A stretch of DNA of 64,000 nucleotides, taken from NCBI GenBank assembly GCA_963749495.1, contig CAVVMW010000006.1, forward strand, positions 1,189,837 through 1,253,836. The letters are read 5' to 3'. A program made the position numbers and the translations under genes. The stretch is from an uncultured bacterium (lineage in GTDB: Bacteria; Verrucomicrobiota; Verrucomicrobiia; Limisphaerales; UBA8199). Shown here in pieces: positions 48,973 to 57,642 of this stretch (positions are counted from its first letter, which is position 1; each line of letters opens with the position of its first letter). A model generated the notes under the pieces. The model had not been told where the DNA came from. It did not search any database and saw only the letters and a list, made by a program, of their open reading frames with translations.

Positions 48973-50337
48973 TTATGCCTTGGGCAGCTCGATCCAGAAG
49001 CGGCTGCCGATGCCCGTCTCGGACTGGACGCCGACCCTGCCGCCCATCTGCTCGGCGAGCTTGCGCACGATAGCCAGGCCGATGCCGGTGCCCTCCTGCG
49101 CATTGGTGCCCCGCTGGAACATGTCGAAGACGCGGGGCTGGAAGTTTTTGGGGATGCCGATGCCGTTGTCTTCGACCCAAATGCGGACGGTGCCGAGTAC
49201 GGAGGACGGAGGCCGGAGGTCGGAGGACGGAGGCGGGAGGTCGGAAGACGGAGAGCCAAAGGCGGAGGGCGGAGGACGGAGGACGGAGGACGGAGAGCCG
49301 AAGGCGGAGGGCAGGGCGCCGAGCGCGGGAGCAGAATCGAGCGACGGGGGCTGACTCCGACCTCCGACCTCCGACCTCCGACCTCCGACCTCCGACCTCC
49401 GACCTCCGTCTTCCGCACTCCGCACTTCCTCGGCCCGGACGCGGATTTGGGGTTGGACGCCGGGCCTGGTGAATCTGACGGCGTTGGCCAGGAGATTGGA
49501 GAGGCACTGGGTGAGGCCGGCCTCGTTGGCCAGGACGCGGGCGATTGGGGGCTCGATGCGGATGTGGGGTTTGAAGGGCTGGAGGTTGGGATAGGATTCG
49601 ATGAGGTAATGGAGCAGGGGGACGGGGTCGATGGGTGCCAGGGGCAATCGCTGGCGCACGGCCTGGCTGTAGCTCAGGGCGTCGGTGACCAGGCGGTCCA
49701 TGCGGCTGGCGGTCGTGCTGAGGCGGCGGAAGAAGTCCTTGTTTTGGGGGGATTGGCACTCGCCGCACTCGGAGAGGAGCAACTGGCTGAAGCCCTGGAG
49801 GGCGCGCAATGGGGCGCGCAGGTCATGGAGCAGGGCATAGGAGAAGTGCTCCAGTTCCTGGACGGTCTGGCGCAGTTCGCGGGTGCGTTCCTGGACCAGG
49901 CGCTCGAGGTCATCGCGGCTGCGGGCCAGGGCCTCTTGGGCCTGCTTGCGCTCGATCGCGTAACGGATGGCGCGCGCCATCAGGCGCCCGTCGGCCTGGC
50001 CCTTGACCATGTAGTCCTGGATGCCGTGGCGGACGGCCTCCAGGCCCACGGCCTCATCCTCGGTGCCGGTCAGCACGACCACGGGCAGGTGCGGCGCCGC
50101 CGCGCGCGCCCGCAGGAACGTCTCCTGCCCGGTGCTGTCCGGCAAGGACAGGTCCAGCAGCATCACGTCGTAGGAGCGCCCGCCCAGGCCCTCGACCGCC
50201 TGCGCCAGGGTCTCCGCCACCACGATTTCAAACCGGTCAGGGCCCCCTTCGCTCAGAGACTCCCGCAGCAGCGCGGCGTCCGAGGGACTGTCTTCGACCA
50301 ACAGGACTTGCAGCGGACCGGCATCGCCCAAAGTCAT
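48973..50337 (-). CDS. Hybrid REC-HisKA-HATPase kinase with in-frame repeat insertion
   Basis: 'VLLVEDS', 'LLDLSLPD', 'HDLRAPL', 'NLLANAVRF', 'EDNGIGI', 'GTGIGLAIV'. Confidence 0.92.
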   Translation of the reverse strand: MTLGDAGPLQVLLVEDSPSDAALLRESLSEGGPDRFEIVVAETLAQAVEGLGGRSYDVMLLDLSLPDSTGQETFLRARAAAPHLPVVVLTGTEDEAVGLEAVRHGIQDYMVKGQADGRLMARAIRYAIERKQAQEALARSRDDLERLVQERTRELRQTVQELEHFSYALLHDLRAPLRALQGFSQLLLSECGECQSPQNKDFFRRLSTTASRMDRLVTDALSYSQAVRQRLPLAPIDPVPLLHYLIESYPNLQPFKPHIRIEPPIARVLANEAGLTQCLSNLLANAVRFTRPGVQPQIRVRAEEVRSAEDGGRRSEVGGRRSEVGGRSQPPSLDSAPALGALPSAFGSPSSVLRPPPSAFGSPSSDLPPPSSDLRPPSSVLGTVRIWVEDNGIGIPKNFQPRVFDMFQRGTNAQEGTGIGLAIVRKLAEQMGGRVGVQSETGIGSRFWIELPKA

Positions 50338-53300
50338 ACAACCGCATCCCTTTTACCCGCAGTCTCGGGGATTGAGAAGTAAAATGTGGAGCCCTGGTCC
50401 GGCTCGGACTCGACCCAAATGGCGCCGCCATGGCGTTCGACGATCTTTTTGCAGATGGCCAGGCCGATGCCGGTGCCCGCATAACGCTTGCGGGTGTGCA
50501 GGCGCTGGAAGATCTGGAAGATGCGCTCGAAGTACTGCGGGGCGATGCCGATGCCGTTGTCACGCACCGAGAAGACCCAGCGGCCCTCCTGTTTTTGGGC
50601 CTCGATGCGGACCTCCGGCGGGCGCTCGCTGCGGAATTTGACGGCATTGCCGACGAGGTTTTGGAAGAGCTGGATCATCTGGGTGGAGTCCACGGGCAGG
50701 GCGGGCAGGGACCCGATGGCGACCTTGGCATGGGCCGCCTGGATGCTGGCCTGGAGGTTTTGCAGGGCTTCGTTGACCAGGCCGTTCAGGTCGGCCGGGG
50801 CCAGGGCGCTGGCGCGCGTGCCCACCCTCGAGAAAGCCAGCAGATCCGTGATCAGCCGCTCCATGCGCATCGCGCCGCCAGCGGCGCCCTCGATGAATTC
50901 AAGGGCCTTGGCGTCCACCTGTTTGGGGAAGCGGCGCTGGAGCAGCCGCACGTAACCGCCGACGGCCCGCAGCGGCTCCTGCAGGTCGTGCGAGGCCACG
51001 TAAGCAAACTGCTCCAGGTCCCGGTTCGAGCGCTGGAGGTCTTGGGCCGTGCTCTCCAGGGCCTCCTGGGCGCGTCTGCGCTCGGCGATTTCCACCTGCA
51101 ACCGCGCGTTGGCCGCCTCCAACTCCCCGGTCCGCTGTTTGACCAGCACCTCCAGATGGTCGCGATGCCGCGCCAGCTCCGCCTCCGTCTGGAAGCGGTG
51201 CACGGCCTCGCCGATGAGCGGGGTCATCGATTCGATGAACTGGACCGAGGCCGGGGGGAACTGGCCGGGGCGGCTGTCCGCCAGGTGAATGACGCCGATG
51301 ACCTTTTCACGATACGCGATCGGGATGACGGCCAGCGAGGTGAAGCCGAACTTCATGCAGGTGCAGCGGTAGCTGCTCAACTGCCCCGGTGAAAGGGCCT
51401 TCATCAGGCCGATGGCATCATCACTGCGCAAGGAACCGCCCGGGGTGAGCAAGGGCCGGTCGCTCTCCAGCAAGGCCCCTGAGATGGCTCGAGTGCACAG
51501 GCAATTGTCGTGCTCGAGCGAGAGCCTTTGTTCCAGGTCCAGGAAGCCCCGCTCGAACCCGGCCCAGGTTTCGTAGGCCAGGTCCCGCTTGTCGGCCAGG
51601 CGGATGCCCAGGGCCCGGCAGCCGCTCCACTGGCGGATGATTTCGAGCACCGAATTGAGGTAATCGCCGGCGGTGGTCTTCTGGGCAAAGAGGGCCAGGA
51701 GCGCGCTGGTGACTTCCCGGCGCCGCTCGGCCCGTGTGCGCTCGGTGATGTCGCGCGCCGCGGCAAACACACCCTGGACCTGGCCGGCCTCGTTGCGATA
51801 GACTGTGGCGTTATAGAGCACCTCCGCCGTGCGTCCGGAGGTGTGGCGCAGAGTCAGCGGGTAGTCCCGGACCTGGCCTTGGGCGATGACGGTCCGGTAA
51901 CCTTCGCTGGCCTTGTCCGGCTCGGTGAAGTAGTCCGAGAAATCACTGCCGATGAGCCGCTGGCGCCCCACCCCGGTGGCCAGTTCGGTGGCCTGGTTGA
52001 CGTCGGTGATCTTGCCCTGCGGACTGATGGTGACCAGGGGATCGAGGCTGGCCTCGATCAGGCTGCGGGCGTAACGCTCGGCCGAGTGCAATGCGGAGGT
52101 GCGGGCCGCCACGCGTTGTTCCAGTTCCTGCCGGAGCACCTCCTCCGCCTGCGTGTGCGCCTGGCGCAGCCGGATGCCGGTGATGCCGTAAGCCAGGTCC
52201 TCGGCCAAGTCGCTCAGCAGCTTGACCTCGTTGCCGCAGAAGGCATCGGGATGTGTGGCATAAATAGTGATGGCGCCGAAGGCCTTGCCCTCGGCCAGCA
52301 GAGGAAGGGCCAGCGAGGAGGCATAGCCGCGTCTGAGCGCTTCCTCGCGCCAGGGGGCAAACCGGGGGTCGTTCTGCATGTCGCGGCAATGAGCCGGCTT
52401 TCCGGTGCGGATGGCCGTGCCGGTGGGGCCGAGGCCCCGCTCGGTGTCGCTCCAGGTCACCCGGAGGGATTCGAGGTAGCCTTCCTCGAAGCCGGCATGG
52501 GCGACGGGCCGGACGGTCTTGGCCTGGTCCCGCTCGGCATATCCGATCCAGACCATGGCGTGGCCGCAGTCGCGGACGATGATCTGGCAGATCTCATCCA
52601 GGAGCCCCGGCTCATCCTTGGCGCGCATGAGGGCCTCGCCGCTGTTGGTCAGCGCCTTGAGCGTCCGGTTCAACCGGCGTGACTCCTGCTCCTTGAGCTC
52701 GCCCTCCGCCAGGGAACGGGCCAGTTTGACATTGCTATAGCTCAGCTTGGAGATCATCCCCGCCAGCTTCAGGAAAAAGCCCATGGCCCGGTCGATAAAC
52801 TCCCGGCTCAGGCGGGGAACTTGCTCGAGCGCGGCCAGGTACTCCGCTTCATCGAAGCCGTACTGCCTGGCCTGCGCCCGGAACAAGTCATAGTCCAGGG
52901 CCTCGCCCTCGAAGAAGAATTGGCTCGCAAAGAGATTGCCCACATGCCGGCCGCCCACCACGATCGGGGTCGCCACGTCCCACATGTTGTTCTTGCACTT
53001 GTAGAGCCTGAACTCGCCCGGGGGGACGCCGGCCGAGAGCAGCGTGTTGCTCTCGGTGCAGTGCGCGCAGCTCTGGGGATTGGCCCGGTGGAACCGGGTG
53101 CAGACCTCCTGCCAGCCCACGCTCACCAGCACCTTGCCGTTGAGGTCGATCACCGCCATCGGGATGCGGGCAAAGTGGTGAAAGTCGTTCATGAGCGACT
53201 GGATCGACTCGACATCGATGATGTCGGCCAGCTCGAGGGTCGCGGTGTCTCCCGCCGGTGAAAGGATGCTCTCCAGTTTGAGCCGGACGCGCTCTTCGCT

Positions 53301-53787
53301 TTGGCGGAGGGCCTGGGCGTCCTGCTGGCGGACGGCGTCGAGCCGGACCTGGGCCTCGGCCTGGTTGGCGCGGGCCTGGGCGCGGCGCATCGCCTCGGCA
53401 ATAACGGAGACCATCGTGCAGCTCAAAACGAACACCGCGATGGCCACCCAATCGCCGGCATCCCGGATGGCGAGCCGCCGCCGGCTCAATCCAGAAGTAA
53501 GCAGCCAGGAGGGCCGAGACGAGCGTGGCCAAAAGGCCCGCCAGCAATCCGCCATAGAGGGCGGCGAGTATCACCGCCGGATAAAACGTCAGGAACGTGG
53601 CGCGGGTGCCCAGGACCTGCAGGAACTGCAGCCGCACTACGGCCCCGGCACCGGCCAGCGCGACGGCGACCGCATACCGCCGCCAGCCCCGCCCCGGCGA
53701 GCCGCTGCCAAACCCGGCCACGACCGCCGCAACCGAACCAACCGCCCGGCGCACGCGTTCAGACCCTGACTGTTTTTGATTGGCCAT
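50334..53787 (-). CDS. Sensor histidine kinase (DUF4118-like TM, PocR, GAF, PAS, GAF, HisKA, HATPase; frameshift near 53490)
   Basis: 'FLTFYPAV', PocR-like 'WQEVCTRFHR..P.S...C', 'YKCKNNMWDVATPI', 'ASHDLQEPLR', 'NLVGNAVKF', 'GTGIGLAICK'. Confidence 0.9.
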
Positions 53788-53945
53788 GGACTCTCATCGT
53801 TCCGACCCCTCGCGTTCCGGTGAACCCGCTCCCCCGGGGCTAGACGCCGATAGGGCGAGTCTGAGTTTACTGGAATGGCCCGGGGGCGATCAAAGCAAAA
53901 ACCGATGTAAGGCCTCAGTGAAGGCAGGAGCGTCGCAGGAGCAGA

Positions 53946-54091
53946 CCCCTCACCCCGGCCCTCTCCCCATCGGATGGGGAGAGGGAGAATTCGCCGCGGC
54001 GTCTTGAGGAAGCGGAGACCCCAGGAAATTCCAGAGACTGCCGAGGCTTCTCCCTCTCCCCGTCGGACGGGGAGAGGGTCGGGGTGAGGGG
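53946..54091. repeat. REP-like family E copy (intergenic)
   Basis: Same arms as 29311-29457 with a different spacer. Confidence 0.88.
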
Positions 54092-54177
54092 TCCGCCGAA
54101 AACTCCGTTTCCACTTTCACCGATTCCGCGCCGGATTTGCCCTTGCGCGGGCGGGGCGATGGCCCATTCTTTTATGG

Positions 54178-55194
54178 ATGGCTCGACGAACCATAACCGA
54201 CACGCTGGCCAAGCCGGACGTGGCGCTGGAGATGACGCTGCGGCCCTCGCTCTTTTCGGAGTTCACGGGGCAGGCCAAGGTCAAAGAGCGGCTGGAGATC
54301 ACGGTGGCGGCCGCCAAACAGCGCCACGAGGCGATGGACCACGTGCTGCTCAGCGGCCCGCCCGGCCTGGGCAAGACCACCCTGGCCCATATCCTCGCCA
54401 AGGCCATGGGCGCCAACCTCAAGAGCACCAGCGGGCCGACCATCGAGAAGGCGGGGGACCTGGCGGGCCTGCTCACAAACCTCGAGGAGGGGGACGTGCT
54501 GTTCATCGATGAAATCCATCGCCTCCAGAAGACCATCGAGGAGTACCTTTACCCGGCCATGGAGGATTTCAAACTGGACATCATCATCGACCAGGGCCCC
54601 AACGCGCGCAGCGTGCGGTTGAACCTGCCGCGCTTCACCCTGATCGGCGCCACCACACGCAGCGGGCTGCTCACCGCGCCGCTGCTCACCCGCTTTCCCA
54701 TCAGCGAGCGGCTGGATTATTACCACGCCGATCAGCTCGAGCAGATCGTGGTCCGCTCGGCGCGGTTGCTCAACGTCGAACTGGAGGGAAAGAGCGCCCC
54801 CGAGATCGCCCGCCGCAGCCGCGGCACCCCGCGCATCGCCAACAACCTCCTCCGCCGCGTCCGCGATTACGCCCAGGTCAGGCACCAGGGCCGCATCACA
54901 CCCGACGTCGCCGACAAGGCCCTGGCGATGCTCGAGATCGACGAGAACGGCCTCAATGAGATGGACCAGCGCATCCTGGAGACCATCATCCTCAAGTTCG
55001 GCGGCGGCCCGGTCGGCCTCGGCTCGCTCTCCGTGGCCATCGGCGAGGAACCTGACACGCTGGAGGAGGTCTATGAGCCCTACCTCATCATGGAGGGCTA
55101 CCTCAAGCGCACCCCCCAGGGGCGGGTCGCAACGGAGCTGGGCTACAAGAAGCTCGGCCGCAAACCCGGCCACGCGCAGGGAGAACTTTTGTAG
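54178..55194 (+). CDS. ruvB: Holliday junction branch-migration helicase RuvB
   Basis: 'LRP..F.EF.GQ', '[11 protein letters not shown]', 'FIDEIHRL', 'GATTR.G', 'RGTPRIAN', 'EPYL', 'RTPQGR'. Confidence 0.98.
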   Translation: MARRTITDTLAKPDVALEMTLRPSLFSEFTGQAKVKERLEITVAAAKQRHEAMDHVLLSGPPGLGKTTLAHILAKAMGANLKSTSGPTIEKAGDLAGLLTNLEEGDVLFIDEIHRLQKTIEEYLYPAMEDFKLDIIIDQGPNARSVRLNLPRFTLIGATTRSGLLTAPLLTRFPISERLDYYHADQLEQIVVRSARLLNVELEGKSAPEIARRSRGTPRIANNLLRRVRDYAQVRHQGRITPDVADKALAMLEIDENGLNEMDQRILETIILKFGGGPVGLGSLSVAIGEEPDTLEEVYEPYLIMEGYLKRTPQGRVATELGYKKLGRKPGHAQGELL

Positions 55195-55195
55195 A

Positions 55196-55337
55196 AAGGC
55201 TAAAGGCTGAAGGCTAAAGGCTGAAGGAAAAAACCTCCGGAACGTCCAACACCCAACGTTCACTTTGGTCATTTGGTCTCTGCCTTTAGCCTTTAGCCTT
55301 TAGCCTTCAGCCTTCAGCCTTTAGCCTTTAGCCTTTG
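55196..55337. terminator. Inverted pair of AAGGCT(A/G) / (T/C)AGCCTT 7-bp arrays between convergent ruvB and recG
   Basis: Arrays at 55196-55227 and 55282-55337; the recG stop lies inside the second. Terminator role is inferred. Confidence 0.55.
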
Positions 55338-57474
55338 CTATGTCTCGGGCTTGCCTGACGAGTTCCCAATCGAGAGTCAGATTGCCGAAGCGGAAGCGGG
55401 GGACGCCGCTCTGCTGCTGGCCGAGCAACTCGCCCGGCCCCCGCAACTTGAGGTCCTCCTCGGCGATGCGGAAGCCGTCGGAGGTCTGCTCGAGCACCTT
55501 CAGGCGCTGTTGTCCGTCCCTGCTCTTGGCGGCGGCCACAAGGATGCAAAACGAGTCATGCGCTCCGCGCCCGATGCGCCCGCGCAACTGGTGGAGCTGG
55601 GCCAGGCCGAACTGCTCCGCGTTGTCGATCAGCATCACGGTTGCATTGGGGACATCCACCCCCACTTCGACCAGCGAGGTGGCCACCAGCACCTGGATGG
55701 CGCCGGAGCGGAAACCGGCCATGACTTGGTCCCTCTCACGGGTCTTGAGCCGCCCGTGCAGCAGCCCCGCGCGAAACGGCGCCAGCGCCTCCCGCACATT
55801 CTCGAATTCCTGCGTAACCGCCTTGAGCCCGCCGGCCCCGGATTCCTCGACGCGCGGATAGACCACGTAGGCCTGGCGGCCCTGGCCGAGTTTTTCCTTA
55901 ACGAAGGCCCACACCTTGGGCAGCTTGTCCGCCGCGCGGACGAAGGTCCTGAGCCGGCCGCGGCCCGGCGGCAGTTGGTCCAGGGTCGAGACATCCAGGT
56001 CTCCGTAGAGCGTCAGGCCCAGCGTCCGGGGGATCGGCGTGGCCGTCATGACCAGCAGATGCGGATAGCGGCCCTTGTGGACCAATTGCTCGCGCTGCGC
56101 CACGCCGAACCTGTGCTGCTCGTCGATGATCACCAGCCCGAGGTTTGGCAGCTCGAACCCGGCCGTCAAAAGCGCGTGCGTGCCAATCGTGAGGCACACC
56201 CGGCTTTGGACTGTGGACTGTGGAGACTGTGGACTGTGGACTGTGGACTGTGGACTGTGGACTGTGGACTGTGGACTGTGGACTGTGGACTGTGGACTGT
56301 GGACTGTGGACTGTGGACTGTGGACTGTGGACTGTGGACTGTGGACTGTGGACTGTGGACTGTTTTTGCGGCTTCCGGTCTGCAACTCCACGGCAATGCC
56401 CAGCGGCTCGAACCATTGCTTGAAGTTGGCGAAATGCTGTTCGGCCAGGATCTCGGTGGGCGCCATTAGGGCGGCGGCATAGCCGCTCTCCAGGGCCATG
56501 AGAGCGGCGCAGGCGGCTACCACGGTTTTGCCGGAGGCCACGTCGCCCTGGAGCAGGCGGCGCATCGGGTGGGGCGCGGACATGTCCCGGCGGAGGTCGC
56601 GCAAGACGCGGGTCTGGGACTCGGTCAGTTTGAAGCCGAGCCGAGCCAGGAACGGCTTGATGAGGTGGTTGTCGCCGGCACAAGGCAGGGTCTGGGACTT
56701 GGCCAGGAAATTTTTGCGCCGGAGCTGGATTGCGAGCTGCAGGTCCAGGAATTCATCCAGCGCCAGCCGTTGGCGGGCCAGCTCGGCATCGGACTCGGCC
56801 TCCGGGAAGTGGAGCAGGCGCACGGCGCGGGCGTGGGTGGGCAGGGGAGTATCGGGCGTGATGCCGAGGCGTGCGTGGGGGATGGCGTGGCCGGCCAGGC
56901 CCGGCCACGGTTCCGCAATGTGCGGCTCGGCGGCCGCCAACGTTCGCCACACCAGGGCGCGCAGCCAGCGTTGGGTCAGACCCTCCGTCAAAGGGTACAC
57001 CGGGGCAATCCGGTTCACGTGAATGCTGCCCTCCTCGCCGCCTTCGACAACCTCGGTTTCCGGGTGGTCCACCGTGCGCGGCTTCAGGCCGGCCAACTTG
57101 CCGAAGACCACGACCTCCTGGCCGGAGGCAAAGTACTTCTCCATATATGGCAGGTTCCACCAGCGGCAGTGCAGCCGCGCCGTGCCGTCATCGATGATGA
57201 CCTCGACGATGCACTTGGTGTGATGCGCAAACCACTTGGTCCCCAGCGCCACAATCCGCCCGCGGGTGATGGCGGATTCGCCGGGCTCGAGTTGGGCGAT
57301 GGGCCGGAACCGGCGCCGGTCTTCGTAGCGCCGGGGCCGGTGCAGCAGCAGGTCGGCGACGCTCCGGATGTCAAGCTTGGCCAACAGGGCGGCCCGTTCC
57401 GGCCCGACGCCGTAGAGGCTGCTGACCGGCCGGTTCAGGGGCGAGCTTTCTGGATGGGGGGCCACCGCCGTCAT
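55321..57474 (-). CDS. recG: ATP-dependent DNA helicase RecG with in-frame (SPQSTVH)n insertion
   Basis: 'RLLQGDV.SGKT', 'MAPTEILAEQH', 'IGTHAL', 'DEQHRFGV', 'MTATPIPRTL', 'QLHQLRGRIGRG', 'DGFRIAEEDL.LRGPG'. Confidence 0.97.
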   Translation of the reverse strand: MTAVAPHPESSPLNRPVSSLYGVGPERAALLAKLDIRSVADLLLHRPRRYEDRRRFRPIAQLEPGESAITRGRIVALGTKWFAHHTKCIVEVIIDDGTARLHCRWWNLPYMEKYFASGQEVVVFGKLAGLKPRTVDHPETEVVEGGEEGSIHVNRIAPVYPLTEGLTQRWLRALVWRTLAAAEPHIAEPWPGLAGHAIPHARLGITPDTPLPTHARAVRLLHFPEAESDAELARQRLALDEFLDLQLAIQLRRKNFLAKSQTLPCAGDNHLIKPFLARLGFKLTESQTRVLRDLRRDMSAPHPMRRLLQGDVASGKTVVAACAALMALESGYAAALMAPTEILAEQHFANFKQWFEPLGIAVELQTGSRKNSPQSTVHSPQSTVHSPQSTVHSPQSTVHSPQSTVHSPQSTVHSPQSPQSTVQSRVCLTIGTHALLTAGFELPNLGLVIIDEQHRFGVAQREQLVHKGRYPHLLVMTATPIPRTLGLTLYGDLDVSTLDQLPPGRGRLRTFVRAADKLPKVWAFVKEKLGQGRQAYVVYPRVEESGAGGLKAVTQEFENVREALAPFRAGLLHGRLKTRERDQVMAGFRSGAIQVLVATSLVEVGVDVPNATVMLIDNAEQFGLAQLHQLRGRIGRGAHDSFCILVAAAKSRDGQQRLKVLEQTSDGFRIAEEDLKLRGPGELLGQQQSGVPRFRFGNLTLDWELVRQARDIAKAKG
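56207..56363. repeat. 7-bp tandem repeat (TGGACTG)n within recG
   Basis: About 22 units with a single 2-nt interruption near 56224. Confidence 0.95.
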
Positions 57475-57642
57475 CTGGACAACCCTACAAAGGGCCGCAG
57501 GCAAAGTCCATGAACGAGTGCCGCGCTTGGGTAACCGGTGAAGGCAGAGACGGAGCTAAAGGCTAAAGGCCGGAAGGGACATATGGGACATAAGGGACAT
57601 ATGGGACAGGCCACGCTCCTGCGCTCCGCCTGCTTCCGGCCT

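Noticed and set aside
360..53490. Many pseudogenes or programmed frameshifts (near 360, 2430, 3100, 3285, 5865, 16660, 20420, 35310, 35935, 36370, 37175, 44975, 53490)
   Set aside because: These are single-base shifts scattered over unrelated, otherwise intact genes, several in short homopolymers. Sequencing indels are the simplest explanation; read-level confirmation is needed.
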